DNA from: Parcubacteria group bacterium
Lineage (GTDB): Bacteria; Patescibacteriota; Minisyncoccia; Moranbacterales; UBA11712
Length of the DNA: 64,000 nt
Assembly: GCA_041659065.1 (NCBI GenBank)
Contig: JBAZYY010000001.1
Coordinates: 274,228 to 338,227 of the forward strand
Direction of reading: 5' to 3'
Shown: piece after piece, positions 9,812 to 20,409 of the stretch
How the letters are laid out: each line of letters begins with the position of its first letter
How positions within the stretch are numbered: the stretch's first letter is position 1
Notes under the pieces: generated by a model
Seen by the model: the letters and a program-made list of their open reading frames with translations, nothing else
Database searches by the model: none
What the model was told of the DNA's origin: nothing
Translations under genes and position numbers: made by a program

Positions 9812-10921
9812 CTAATTCGCCAATTGCGCGTCAATCGACTGCTTTAGCTCTTCATAGCTCACTACGCCGCCAAAGAATTGATCATTGACGAAGAATGAAG
9901 GAGTTCCGGAAATCCCGAATTCCTGAGCTTGAGCTTGGTCCGCGGCAATCTGATCTTTGTATTTAGACTCATCCATGCATTGGTTGAATTTAGCTGTGTT
10001 TAATCCCAATTGCGCGGCATATGTCTTGAATTTTGCTGTCCCATCAGTATTGCCCCAATCAGCTTGGGTTGCGTATAGTTTATCTGACATTTCCCAAAAC
10101 TTACCCTGTTCTTGAGCACATTCACCAGCCATTGCTGCATTCATCGCTTGCTTATGGAAGTCCAGCGGAACGTGCTTAAACACGAAAAGCACCCGATCTT
10201 TATATTCGTTTATTGCTTGCTTGTAAGTGTCATAAAAAGTTTTACAGTACGGGCATTGAAAATCGCTGAATAGGACCACCTTTACTTTAGCGTCTTTCGG
10301 GCCAACTTGGGCATCGTCATCGGATACTGTCGGAGTTTCCAGAAATTTACCTGATTTTATTCCAACTTGTTCGGTATCCATAAGATATCCATCGCCAACT
10401 TTTGTGAAAATTCCTTGAGCTTGAGCGTAGACATCCGTCTTGGTGACATTTTCGTCGAACACAAAAGCCGGAATGCTTTTTACTTTGAACTCTGAAAGCA
10501 TCGCCTGCCCCTCAGGGGAATCCACTTCAACTTTGCTAGCAAGCAGCGTCGGAACCACTCTCTTTAGCCATTTTAATGGTTCGGTTGGATCACATTCCGC
10601 GCATTTGCTGTCTGTAAGAACTCTAACATTCACGACAGGTTCATTGTAGGCAACCCAGGTTTTCCCCTCAAAAGGGACAACATCAACATTTTTTAAAGCT
10701 CGCGGTGAAAAACCTTGCTTGCTGAAAAATTGAGCAACGTCCACGAAAATGCTGCCCAGAAGAAGTCCGGCTAACAAAATAATGATGGAGACGTAATTTT
10801 TCATCCTCTTTTTGTAATCTTTTTTGGGCTCATCGGTCCCATGTTCTTTTTTTTCATTCACTTCCGTGTCCGGCTGTGAATTTTCTTTTTCCTCCTTGAT
10901 ACTTGTGTCTTTTTCTTCCAT
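9812..10921 (-). CDS. DsbA-family thioredoxin-fold protein, membrane anchored, with an extra N-terminal CxxC domain
   Basis: SDFQCPYC and GTPSFFVN motifs; second CAEC...SIPAF domain. Confidence 0.88.
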   Translation of the reverse strand: MEEKDTSIKEEKENSQPDTEVNEKKEHGTDEPKKDYKKRMKNYVSIIILLAGLLLGSIFVDVAQFFSKQGFSPRALKNVDVVPFEGKTWVAYNEPVVNVRVLTDSKCAECDPTEPLKWLKRVVPTLLASKVEVDSPEGQAMLSEFKVKSIPAFVFDENVTKTDVYAQAQGIFTKVGDGYLMDTEQVGIKSGKFLETPTVSDDDAQVGPKDAKVKVVLFSDFQCPYCKTFYDTYKQAINEYKDRVLFVFKHVPLDFHKQAMNAAMAGECAQEQGKFWEMSDKLYATQADWGNTDGTAKFKTYAAQLGLNTAKFNQCMDESKYKDQIAADQAQAQEFGISGTPSFFVNDQFFGGVVSYEELKQSIDAQLAN

Positions 10922-10951
10922 TTAATTAAAATAAAACTAATTACGTTTAGT

Positions 10952-11269
10952 CTACTGAGCAACGGGTGTCGGCACCTCGCCCGTGCTTTCCGGCTGGGTT
11001 TGCACATCCCCGTTTGTCGGTGGTTGCTGGCTGTCACCGCTGTCGTTAACGCTCTGAGCTGGAGCGGGCGTTTTCTCCATCAGATTAAACCCTTGCTTCA
11101 TCTGTGAAGCCGTATAGTCATCATAGCCGATAGTTATTCTTTTCTTTGCTTCGGTTTTAACCGCGACCCCGATTAAAAATCCGAGGATAAGAATCAGCAA
11201 AGAGTTGACTAAATTCTCCGTAATTCTAAACTTTTTCCACAAATTAGGCTTTTCTTTATTTGTATCCAT
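10952..11269 (-). CDS. Hypothetical single-TM protein
   Basis: ORF with one hydrophobic helix and a low-complexity tail; colinear with its neighbours. Confidence 0.7.
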   Translation of the reverse strand: MDTNKEKPNLWKKFRITENLVNSLLILILGFLIGVAVKTEAKKRITIGYDDYTASQMKQGFNLMEKTPAPAQSVNDSGDSQQPPTNGDVQTQPESTGEVPTPVAQ

Positions 11270-11350
11270 GAGCTTGTTTTTTTAATTACTTGTTTATAGA
11301 TTTTTTATGCACGCCCAGTCTAGCAAACCGCTGAAATTTAGGCAAGCGGA

Positions 11351-11806
11351 TTATTGCCTGATGGAGTCATTAACGCTAATCATATTTTTGTCGCAAAAAC
11401 CTTCTGGAACTTCAAGCACCGAACTGGAGGGCGCGGGTGAAGTGAAAATCCTGTCATCCTGAGGTGAGATGTTTTTTTCACATCCCGTCACCTTATCCTG
11501 CGAAATCCAAATGATATCGATGGAAAATTGCATGCCTTTCATCCAGAATTTCTGATAATCCGAATTCGGCATCAAAAACAGCATCCCTCTCCCAGGCGAA
11601 ATACTCGCGCGCCCGGCAAGGCCTTTTTCTATTTTTTCCTTTGAGTTGACTACCTCAACTTTCACCGGTACGTTTTTGACGTAAATATTTTTTATGGGAT
11701 TACCGTCACTAGAGTATATCTCAGAACGAATGTAATTCATGGCTATAAAAATAAGAACCACGATGATAGCAATTATAAAAATCACGAGGCCCGTTTTTTT
11801 ATTCAT
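11351..11806 (-). CDS. DUF192 family protein
   Basis: KGL...GMLF...FWMKGMQFSIDIIWI...VLEV motif set. Confidence 0.88.
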   Translation of the reverse strand: MNKKTGLVIFIIAIIVVLIFIAMNYIRSEIYSSDGNPIKNIYVKNVPVKVEVVNSKEKIEKGLAGRASISPGRGMLFLMPNSDYQKFWMKGMQFSIDIIWISQDKVTGCEKNISPQDDRIFTSPAPSSSVLEVPEGFCDKNMISVNDSIRQ

Positions 11807-12774
11807 ATGTTTTCGATCTTAGCCTTTAGTTTGCTAATTGTAAAAAAATACAAAAATGAAAAAATAACCATGAGGAATATTTTCCCGCTTGCGGACAGCG
11901 CTAAAGATGCCGCGCCTATCAATAAAGTCAAAAAACATAAAAATAATACGACCTTAACTTCGCCTATCCCGAATTTTAGCAACTTGAAGTGAAGATGTCG
12001 ATCATCTTTTGAAAAGATGGATTGTCCCTCGCGATACCGCTCCAGAATCACCCAAATAAAATCAAGAACCGGAATCAGAACGGCTATCAAGGTCGTTGCA
12101 ATTTTCGCTCCGGCAAAAATCGACAGGGCGGCAAGCGCAAAACCAAAAAACCACGCACCAGACGTTCCTGCAAAAATCCTGGCAGGCGAAAAATTAAAAA
12201 TTAGAAATGCCAGAATAGTTCCACCCAGAATTGAGCATAAAATGGCCACGGCAGGCTGATTCACTTCAGGCTTGAAACTCAGCAGAAATATCACCACAAG
12301 AGCTACGAACGCGACTCCCCCGCTTAATCCGTCAACGCCATCAAGCCAGTTCAGAGAATTTATAAAAACCAAAAAGTATGCAGTAAAGAGCGCGAAGTAG
12401 ATTATGGGATTTCCCAGATTTATCAGCCCGCCTAGAGGACCGGCGATATATCCACTTCGAACACCGAAAAATATGACCGTCACAGCTATTATTATTTGGA
12501 ACAACAGCTGCCACTTCCAATTCAAATTTTTTAGATCGTCCCAGAGCCCAAAAATAAATATTAATGCGCCCCCGATAATTATTCCCCAAATTGGCCCTGT
12601 AATGACCAGATTTTTATCCGCCAAGACAAAGGCTATAAATACCAAGATAATAACCAAGCCTCCGAATCGTTTGATCGCAGAATAGTTATACTTTTTTTTG
12701 AGCCATATCAAAAAATAAATCGTCACAACCGTAGTCCCCAGCGAATATAAGAAAGGCAAAAGAAATTTTGTCAT
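11803..12774 (-). CDS. MraY/WecA-like polyprenyl-phosphate GlcNAc-1-P transferase (GT4 family)
   Basis: RFGGL, GLWDD, NWLDGVDGL, FNFSPARIF and HLH motifs; many TM helices. Confidence 0.9.
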   Translation of the reverse strand: MTKFLLPFLYSLGTTVVTIYFLIWLKKKYNYSAIKRFGGLVIILVFIAFVLADKNLVITGPIWGIIIGGALIFIFGLWDDLKNLNWKWQLLFQIIIAVTVIFFGVRSGYIAGPLGGLINLGNPIIYFALFTAYFLVFINSLNWLDGVDGLSGGVAFVALVVIFLLSFKPEVNQPAVAILCSILGGTILAFLIFNFSPARIFAGTSGAWFFGFALAALSIFAGAKIATTLIAVLIPVLDFIWVILERYREGQSIFSKDDRHLHFKLLKFGIGEVKVVLFLCFLTLLIGAASLALSASGKIFLMVIFSFLYFFTISKLKAKIENI

Positions 12775-12797
12775 ATTTTATTTTTCCACTCGAGGTT

Positions 12798-12820
12798 TAT
12801 TCGAGGTGAAACCTCGAATA
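12798..12820. repeat. REP-like palindrome
   Basis: tattcgaggt-gaa-acctcgaata, a perfect 10-bp stem, with a partial extra copy (tcgaggttt) just before it. Confidence 0.6.
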
Positions 12821-12859
12821 GGTTTTATTAGATACCAGGCGCTAAATACAAAATACGAG

Positions 12860-14557
12860 CTACTTTTTCCTTACTTTTTCCGTCACCCAGAATTCGCCAA
12901 AATATTTTCCGAGCATGATGCGAGTTTGAGCGTCAATCGCGGGCATGGCTCCCAAAAACGGTGCCGTAATCGGAACTAGAAACCACTGAAGAAACATATA
13001 GATATATTTTTTTCGGGAATATTTAGCCGGACGCGGCGGAAGCAACATTAAACTCAAAAACATGGAAACAATTAATCCAAGAAGAGCGAGATTCATCAAA
13101 TATCTGGTTATATAAGGTAAATTATGTGCAAGCACGCTTTCGTTAAATTTCGGCCCCCCGATAATTACTGGGAGCCACCCCAAAAGAGCAACGATGAAAG
13201 AGTTGGTTGCCCAAGACCAATGACCTTCAAGCATGATATAAAGATGCCGCGCCTTTTTCCAAATCGAAATTTTTTTGTTACCCCAAAAGGCCCTCACGAG
13301 CAGCGGAAAATTTTCGATTCCGTATGCCCAACGCCTTTTCTGCTTATATTGATTGACAATTGTCTTCCAATAGCTCTTCGCGAGTACCGCATCGAGAGAA
13401 ACAGGCAAATAAATCGGCTTCACTTCGTATTTTCCGTCGAAATAATCATAACCTTTCCAAAAAATGACGCTATCTTCCGAAATAACGTTCACCGGCCAAT
13501 AGTTAACATCGATAATCGTCTTCAACGGTTCGGAATGGGAAGAAAAAGTCACCATATGCTCCGGACGCATCGCCTCGACCATATGCCAAAAAGACGAGCC
13601 GGTAACGATAATCCGGACAAAAGCATTCGTATCCCAAATGTTATTGTGATACATCGGGATCGGCTGATACGCGAATTTTAGGCGATTGGGATCCGAGATA
13701 TACTTAAACGTAAGCGCGGAAAAATATTGTGGATGGACGCAAGTGTCGCAATCGAAATTTGAGAGCACCACATTTTCAAAGGATATATCTTTTTCTTCAA
13801 GATATTTTTTGAGCTCCTTGACGGCGTAAGTGGTATTGGATGATTTCATTTTCATTTCTCCCGGCGCTACAACATGCTCCGTCACGATAAAATCAAAAAA
13901 CACATCTTTGAACTTGTCTCTCAGATAATCGACCTTCTCCATTCTTCGTCCTTTTTCTTCCCGCTCTTCGGTAGCCAGCAAAATAATAAACTTTTTATTT
14001 GGAAAAGCCGAATCGGCTACGGATTGTATTGCTGGCTCTATGATTTCAGGCCCTTCGTTAGCCGTCGGCAGCATAACAACATGATAAATATCCGCCCAAT
14101 TCAGCACCTCATTTTTATGCTTCAGAACCAACTTCACTTCCTTCTTGAGATCCTTGACTGACTGCAATTTTCGCTTCAGTGCCTTTTTCTTCTTGGAAAA
14201 AAAACTGCTCCAGGACCCTCGGTATTCTTTCCCGGCCTCGTTCACTTTCTTTTCAATTTTTTCAAGAAACAGCTCTGTCTTCCCGATATTTTCGCAAACT
14301 TCCTGCCAATCTATGCCTTCATACCGGCGCATCTTGCGAAAAGCCAGGATGGAATAAAAGGCTATGTATACCGTTCGATACAGCCAATAAATGTCGAAGG
14401 CGATAATAAAAACCGCCACCCAGACAGGAAATAGGAACGAAAAGACAAACATTCCAATTAAAGTAAACCAGGTTATAAAACCCGGAATTATTTCGAAAAT
14501 TCTCTGAAAAATATGCGCCTTTGAATTTTTTGTGCGCGGGTCAGGATATTGAAACAT
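12860..14557 (-). CDS. Membrane glycosyltransferase family 2
   Basis: FDCD, ISED and QKRRWAYG (QxxRW) motifs; TM segments at both ends. Confidence 0.88.
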   Translation of the reverse strand: MFQYPDPRTKNSKAHIFQRIFEIIPGFITWFTLIGMFVFSFLFPVWVAVFIIAFDIYWLYRTVYIAFYSILAFRKMRRYEGIDWQEVCENIGKTELFLEKIEKKVNEAGKEYRGSWSSFFSKKKKALKRKLQSVKDLKKEVKLVLKHKNEVLNWADIYHVVMLPTANEGPEIIEPAIQSVADSAFPNKKFIILLATEEREEKGRRMEKVDYLRDKFKDVFFDFIVTEHVVAPGEMKMKSSNTTYAVKELKKYLEEKDISFENVVLSNFDCDTCVHPQYFSALTFKYISDPNRLKFAYQPIPMYHNNIWDTNAFVRIIVTGSSFWHMVEAMRPEHMVTFSSHSEPLKTIIDVNYWPVNVISEDSVIFWKGYDYFDGKYEVKPIYLPVSLDAVLAKSYWKTIVNQYKQKRRWAYGIENFPLLVRAFWGNKKISIWKKARHLYIMLEGHWSWATNSFIVALLGWLPVIIGGPKFNESVLAHNLPYITRYLMNLALLGLIVSMFLSLMLLPPRPAKYSRKKYIYMFLQWFLVPITAPFLGAMPAIDAQTRIMLGKYFGEFWVTEKVRKK

Positions 14558-14558
14558 C

Positions 14559-14954
14559 TTAGAAGTTTATGATTATCACGCTAATAATTCCGATCACCAT
14601 CAGCAACTGCAAAATAAGAGCCGACGCAGAAAACAAATATGCCAGAAGACGCTCTTTGTAATAAAAAAAACGGGAGAGCACCAAATTAATAAGTAGGAGC
14701 GCCAGGGCCAATCCGGGCATAAAAAAAACATTTTTCCAACTTCCGATAGCATCCACTCCGAAATAAATGTTGTAGTGCAAGATAATGTCTCTATCTGTGG
14801 GCTCAATAGTAATAAAAAGAGCCACCCATAGGGCAATGTTTACTATGACTGCAGGAACGATCGAAAAAAAGACAACCGGATCAGACCAGAATCCATGCCA
14901 AAAAAACCTTCTCAATCGATCTCGAATTTGACTCCACCAGCCGTTTGTTTCCAT
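14559..14954 (-). CDS. Hypothetical membrane protein (DUF1648-like)
   Basis: Three TM helices and IILHYNIYFGVD. Confidence 0.7.
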   Translation of the reverse strand: METNGWWSQIRDRLRRFFWHGFWSDPVVFFSIVPAVIVNIALWVALFITIEPTDRDIILHYNIYFGVDAIGSWKNVFFMPGLALALLLINLVLSRFFYYKERLLAYLFSASALILQLLMVIGIISVIIINF

Positions 14955-14982
14955 GCAATTAAAATAAAATTAATAGGGTGGG

Positions 14983-16065
14983 TTAAATCTTGACTTCGCC
15001 TTTCTCTATTAGCTTTGATTCCTCAGGCTCATCGAGCTCCTTGGCTTTGGATTTTTCAAGCCTATTCTCAAAGCGATCCAATCTTTTTTCGGTGTCGGAA
15101 TATTTTTTTGCCGCGTTGTTTAAATGGCTTCCAAGCAGCACAAAATCACTCCTTACTTTCCCGAATTCAATCTCGAGCCGCTTTAAATTTTCCAAAATTA
15201 CCTTGGCATTTTCTTCAATCTGGAGCCCTTTGAGTCCCTTACTGATAGTTCCAAGATAAGCGTAGAACGAGTTTGGGGAAACCGGTATCACTTTTTTTTC
15301 AAAAGCATAATCAAATATGTTAATGTTCCCGAAATTATGACTTATTATTTCGTAGTAAACATTTTCTGCCGGAATGTACATTAACGCAAAATCCATAGTG
15401 CCTTCGTCCGGCAGTATGTATTTCTGTGAAATGGAGTTTATGTGCTTCTTTACATCCATGGCAAACTGTTTTTTCAAGCCTTTCTTTTCTTCTTCATCTT
15501 GAGATTCAGTCGCTTTTTTGAAATTTTCGAGTGGAAACTTCGAATCAACCGAGATCAGATAGTTTTGTAGCCGGATAACCGCGTCAACTTTTTCCCCGCT
15601 CTTGAAAGAGTGTTGGGACTCGAAGTGGTCTCGCGGGAGCATTTGGCTCAACAGCTTATCAAGCCAAATCTCTCCCATAACCCCTCTTACTTTTGGCGCC
15701 CGTAATATTTCATGAAGGCTGGATATATCCTTCCCGACTTCATGCACCCGTTTTACTTCTCCCTGGAGATGGGCCAGCTGCTTCTGGACCTCACCATAGG
15801 AACGGGCGGCATTGTCCAGCCTATTAGTGTTTTCCCCGAGCCGCTGATCGACGCTTTTTTGGATCGTACCGAGATTTTGAGAAAAATTTTGCGAAAGAAT
15901 CTGAATCTGGTTGCTTATGTTGCTTACAATATCACTGCCGTTGGTTTTTGCTTCCTGCTCCCTTTTCCGAAAATCCTCCAATTTATTCCTCATATTTAAA
16001 ATTAACCCGGCCAGCGCCAGGATAAAGATAACCAAAATACCGACAGAAATGTAGGATATTAGCAT
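14983..16065 (-). CDS. rmuC: DNA recombination protein RmuC
   Basis: TM plus coiled coil, RGVMGE, VDSKFP and DFALMYIPAE motifs. Confidence 0.93.
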   Translation of the reverse strand: MLISYISVGILVIFILALAGLILNMRNKLEDFRKREQEAKTNGSDIVSNISNQIQILSQNFSQNLGTIQKSVDQRLGENTNRLDNAARSYGEVQKQLAHLQGEVKRVHEVGKDISSLHEILRAPKVRGVMGEIWLDKLLSQMLPRDHFESQHSFKSGEKVDAVIRLQNYLISVDSKFPLENFKKATESQDEEEKKGLKKQFAMDVKKHINSISQKYILPDEGTMDFALMYIPAENVYYEIISHNFGNINIFDYAFEKKVIPVSPNSFYAYLGTISKGLKGLQIEENAKVILENLKRLEIEFGKVRSDFVLLGSHLNNAAKKYSDTEKRLDRFENRLEKSKAKELDEPEESKLIEKGEVKI

Positions 16066-16095
16066 AATTATTTCTATTTATTTCCTCAGGCAGAT

Positions 16096-16698
16096 CTATT
16101 TTTTGCGTTGATTCACGATTTGCTTCAAATTCGGAATCTTATTTATGATCTCCTCATAAGGCGCCTCCAAAAACTCCATCACGAACTTGTCCAACATGTC
16201 GGTCCGATACTTAAACTCCGTCGAATTCATTATTGAATAGTTTATTTCTTTTCCAACCTCAGCTTCGAGATTTTCCAAAAGGTGCTTTAATTTGGCACGG
16301 CTCAATTCATCGCCGACAATAAAAATGTCTGTGCGGCTTTTGGGAAAATTCAAAAAAACCCCGGAGATTAACGCTAGCTTAACTTTACCCAAGCTGTTGA
16401 TGCGGTTCAGACTTCGGCATTCCGGCAATGTATTGGATTTGATGACGAGACTTTTGAGCTCAGGATAGAAGACAAAATCTTCATTAGTCCTGAAATATTT
16501 TTTCCCTTTTTTTATTTTTTGCGTAACCAGCTTCATTTTTTCGAATCGCGCCATTTCTCTTGCGACTTGCGCCGAAACCAACTTATTTTTTCTGACCACC
16601 ACATCCTGGGAATACTCATGCTTGTCATTCAACATAAAAAATTTCAAGAGCCTCGCCCTCACCTTTGAATCGAATAACTGGGAAAATATCTCCGACAT
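16096..16698 (-). CDS. wHTH plus nucleotidyltransferase-like hypothetical protein
   Basis: LFDSKVRARLL N-terminal HTH-like segment; SGVF...TDIFIVGD...GKEINY resembles a minimal NTase. Confidence 0.7.
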   Translation of the reverse strand: MSEIFSQLFDSKVRARLLKFFMLNDKHEYSQDVVVRKNKLVSAQVAREMARFEKMKLVTQKIKKGKKYFRTNEDFVFYPELKSLVIKSNTLPECRSLNRINSLGKVKLALISGVFLNFPKSRTDIFIVGDELSRAKLKHLLENLEAEVGKEINYSIMNSTEFKYRTDMLDKFVMEFLEAPYEEIINKIPNLKQIVNQRKK

Positions 16699-16798
16699 AT
16701 TTGAAAACCAGCTTAAAAATTACTTTTTTACACCCTATAGTATAAAACCTGGCTGAAAAAATGTCCAATTGTAAATTTCCGTTTATTATTCTACAATA

Positions 16799-18877
16799 GT
16801 GACCAATAAGACATTTATGCCCATTTCACACAGAAAAAAAGCCATATCCTATCCCAGAGCCGTCTTTAGACAGGTATTCATTAGCGAAAAGAGCTCCTTG
16901 GCGCCTTTTGGGGAAGTTTTTGCGTTTTCTCCCGAAAACTATGAGGAGCAAAAATTAGGGCATATTTTCGGAGTCATTAAAATAGATGATCACTCATCGG
17001 ACTCGTCTTATGTCGTGAATCTCCTCACTTCAGTAATAAAAAAAGAGTATTTTTCCAAACCGGACCGGACCGCTGAAGAAAGTTTCGAGGCTAGCCTCCG
17101 AAAAGCGAATTTAGCTCTTGCGGAACTTGCCCGCCACGGAGTCGTCAGCTGGACGGGAAAAGTTAACTTTGCCGCCGGATCGCTAGAGAGAAACAACTTG
17201 CATTTTTCGCAACTTGGGAATACCCACATCTTACTAATCAGAGCCGGACAAATTGCGGATATCGCTGAAGATCTGAATGCCCAAAAAGAGGCTGAGCCAC
17301 ATCCTCTGCGAACATTTTCCAATATCTCAAGCGGAAAACTGGAAAAAAATGACAAGCTGATTTTTACTACGGATGATCTCTTGGAAATATTTTCACCCGA
17401 AGAGATCCGCCAGAACGCAACTTACTTTGACTGGCAAGAATTTCCAAGTTTTATCGAAGCATCCTTAAAAACGAACACGAGCCTTGCTGGAACAATTGTT
17501 ATGGACTTCCGGGAAGAGCTGCCGAAAATTCAAAAAATTACGAAAAAAGTCCCCATGTATGAGCATCTGCAGCCAGCCCTTAAATCGGACGAAGAAATCA
17601 GGATTCAAGAAGAACCCATCCGTGAGAGTATTCCGGCTTTGAATATCGCCGCGCCACCAAGCCCGCAAAATGAATCCCTCTACATAGTTGAAGGCACGGA
17701 AGCGCCCGAGAGAACCAAATATATTAATGTAATTTTATCTTGGCTTAGCAGTAAAACTGTTAAATTAGCTAGTCTCTCGAGAAAATATCTCACTAGGTCA
17801 TTATCTGCTCTGAAAAACATAAAACTGCCCCAAAAAAAATTCCCCTCACGACTTAGCGGGTCTGCCGAAAATATATTTGCCAAGATCAAACTATCGAGAT
17901 CCGACCTGGGAAAAAGAATAAGCGCAAATATTCCGACTGAGAAAAAGCATCTCAAATACGCGAGTATATTTGCAGCCGCTTTATTGATCATAATCCTGGG
18001 AATATTTTCTTTTCAAAAAATTTCCTCGAAAAAATCTGCACCGCCGGCCGAAAACAGCGCATCGGAAACCAGCACGGCCCCCGCTCCCTTGAATGACATC
18101 TCCGTAAAAGAAATAAGCAGCCTGGAGAGCGTGGCCAGCCTTCCGCAAAACGCGAATAACGTTGTTTTGATGAATGATACTCTTTATGCCATAACGGAGC
18201 CGACCTCAATTGTCAAAATCGATCCGGCAAATGGCCAAACTGAAGAGACCAGAAGTACCTTGAATTCCGGAAACTTCTCTTTGCTAGCGGCTATGCCCGA
18301 CCTCAACACCCTCTTTATTCTCACTGAAGATAACAAGATTATCTCTTACACCCCAATAAATAAAAATTTTCAGGATAACCAAATCTCGCTCCCTGAAAAC
18401 TTCAAGGCGGCGGACATGAAAACCTATCTGACTTATCTGTACGTTCTGGACGCATCCGCAAACCAAATCTATCGTTTTCCGCGCGCCGAGGGCGGTTTCA
18501 GTGAAGCCCAAAAATGGTTGAAGAGCGGTCAAGATTTGAGAGGGGCGAATAGATTTGCCATTAATGATGACATATTCACAGCCAACGATATAAACATAAT
18601 CCCTTTTTTGCAGGGTAAAACCGACACATCTATTGATTTCCAAAAGCCCCAGGTGCCACTGCGCATAAACGCTATTTTTACGGCCCCCGGACTTAGCAGT
18701 ATCTACGTGCTCGATAACGCGAATCAAAGAGTAGTCCAATATTCAAAAGACGGTAAAATATCGAATCAATTCTGGAACGACCAGATAAGCGGTTTTGAAA
18801 GCCTCGTTGCGGATGAAAAAAATAGCACGGTTTATCTCGGGAAAGAAAACGAACTTTTGAAATTCTCAATCAACTGA
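16799..18877 (+). CDS. Membrane protein with PP2C-like N-terminal domain and C-terminal beta-propeller-like domain
   Basis: 692-aa ORF; LHFSQLG...DKLIFTTDDL, central TM helix, LYVLD...QIY / IYVLD...RVVQY blade repeats. Confidence 0.7.
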   Translation: MTNKTFMPISHRKKAISYPRAVFRQVFISEKSSLAPFGEVFAFSPENYEEQKLGHIFGVIKIDDHSSDSSYVVNLLTSVIKKEYFSKPDRTAEESFEASLRKANLALAELARHGVVSWTGKVNFAAGSLERNNLHFSQLGNTHILLIRAGQIADIAEDLNAQKEAEPHPLRTFSNISSGKLEKNDKLIFTTDDLLEIFSPEEIRQNATYFDWQEFPSFIEASLKTNTSLAGTIVMDFREELPKIQKITKKVPMYEHLQPALKSDEEIRIQEEPIRESIPALNIAAPPSPQNESLYIVEGTEAPERTKYINVILSWLSSKTVKLASLSRKYLTRSLSALKNIKLPQKKFPSRLSGSAENIFAKIKLSRSDLGKRISANIPTEKKHLKYASIFAAALLIIILGIFSFQKISSKKSAPPAENSASETSTAPAPLNDISVKEISSLESVASLPQNANNVVLMNDTLYAITEPTSIVKIDPANGQTEETRSTLNSGNFSLLAAMPDLNTLFILTEDNKIISYTPINKNFQDNQISLPENFKAADMKTYLTYLYVLDASANQIYRFPRAEGGFSEAQKWLKSGQDLRGANRFAINDDIFTANDINIIPFLQGKTDTSIDFQKPQVPLRINAIFTAPGLSSIYVLDNANQRVVQYSKDGKISNQFWNDQISGFESLVADEKNSTVYLGKENELLKFSIN

Positions 18878-18900
18878 ACCTCCGCTGCATTACAGGAATG

Positions 18901-18933
18901 AAAATAGGCCGGCAATTTTGTCGACCTATTTTT
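18901..18933. terminator. Likely bidirectional intrinsic terminator between convergent genes
   Basis: aaaataggccggca...tgtcgacctattttt hairpin with A and T tails. Confidence 0.65.
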
Positions 18934-18969
18934 TATGTTTTCGCTTCAGTAGCGGGTATTAGCAATATC

Positions 18970-20409
18970 CTAAAATCTATTCCAAAGCATCTGATTTGTC
19001 ACTTCATGATGATAGATGACTTCGGAAATTTTGATTGTGTTCCCCAATTCTTTAGGGCTGCGATTAGCCACCGCGATTTTCGGTAGAAGATATTTTTCTT
19101 TCGTTTCTTTTCCCAGAATATCACCCGTAAAATCGCTGGTCTTGAAAATTTTTATCGAGTCGTTTATGTTGTCCGGAAGAAATCTCATGCGATCCCGCTT
19201 ATCTTTGTCTTTCTTGAGCTTTTTTCCTTCAAAAACGGCTTTAAGAATCGAATAAAAAGCAAGGTATGGATTGGCATCCGGCGCAACGGAGCGAATCTCA
19301 ACGCGAGTCGTCTTTTCATTGCCAATCGGCATTCTAATCATTGATCCCCTGTCCTCAAAAGAGGCTTTTATCTGGTTAGGAGCTTCATATTTGGGATCCA
19401 AGCGGCGATAGGCATTAACGCTCGGATTGAATATCAGACATAACTCCGGCGCATGGTTTAGTAGCTTGGATATGGCATCCCAGGCCAAGCTGGAAATACT
19501 GTTTTTGCTTTTTTTATCAAAAAAAACATTTTTATCTTTGGCGCTTAAAGAAAAATTGAGATGCATCCCGCTCCCATTAATTTGAACAGTCGGCTTAGGC
19601 AGGAACGTTGCCGTCATTTCGAGGTTATTGGCAACTTGCCGGCAAACCAATTTGTACAGCTGAATCTGATCGCAAATTCTCAATACTTCGCCATAGGAAA
19701 AGTTAAGTTCAAACTGGGACGGAGCAACCTCTGGATGGTCTTTTTCATTTTTGAATCCCATCGCTCGTTGAGCCTCTGCCACTTTATCAATAAATATTTT
19801 TAGCCTGCCCAGGGGCAGCGAGTGGTAATAGCCTCCGCTCGAAATTAGCTTGAAACGATTCGCTTCGCTGTATTTTTGTTCGGCCTGCCGCCCATCCACC
19901 AAAAAACCTTCCACTTCAGCCGAAGCATTAACAGTTATCCCCTCTTTCTTCTTCAGCCCGGCTGCATACCGCCAAAGTCGCCCTCTAAAGTCCGAGGGAT
20001 ATAATTCCCGACCGCGGTCTTCAACAAAAGCAAAGAGGATTACCTTGCCGGGGCCGAAGACATCGGACGGCAGCCAACGAATGCTGGTCCAATCAATTTC
20101 GAGGCGCAGATCAGACTCTTGTTGCGTGCTGAAACCGCGGATAGACGACCCATCGAAGGTGAGATTTGCTGCTGATTCCAGCAAAAAGTTTTTGTCGTAA
20201 TCAAGGATATGGAGCCGGCCCTCGATGTCGGAAAAACAAACCGTCACGGCCTTAATTCTTTTTTCTTTTTTTAGATATTCCCTATATTCTTTTTCTAATT
20301 GCTCGGGAGTTTCTTTGCGTGCCTTTTCAGCCGCCTTAAGATTCATTTCTTCAAGCTGGTCGTAGGGAATCTCCAAGAAATTTCTTAAATTTTGATTGTT
20401 TTCTTCCAT
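18970..20409 (-). CDS. glnA: Glutamine synthetase (GSI-like)
   Basis: FDGSSIRGF, HPEVAPSQFE, ATFLPKP, NGSGMH, NAYRRL, YEAP and RVEIRS...ANPY motifs. Confidence 0.92.
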   Translation of the reverse strand: MEENNQNLRNFLEIPYDQLEEMNLKAAEKARKETPEQLEKEYREYLKKEKRIKAVTVCFSDIEGRLHILDYDKNFLLESAANLTFDGSSIRGFSTQQESDLRLEIDWTSIRWLPSDVFGPGKVILFAFVEDRGRELYPSDFRGRLWRYAAGLKKKEGITVNASAEVEGFLVDGRQAEQKYSEANRFKLISSGGYYHSLPLGRLKIFIDKVAEAQRAMGFKNEKDHPEVAPSQFELNFSYGEVLRICDQIQLYKLVCRQVANNLEMTATFLPKPTVQINGSGMHLNFSLSAKDKNVFFDKKSKNSISSLAWDAISKLLNHAPELCLIFNPSVNAYRRLDPKYEAPNQIKASFEDRGSMIRMPIGNEKTTRVEIRSVAPDANPYLAFYSILKAVFEGKKLKKDKDKRDRMRFLPDNINDSIKIFKTSDFTGDILGKETKEKYLLPKIAVANRSPKELGNTIKISEVIYHHEVTNQMLWNRF

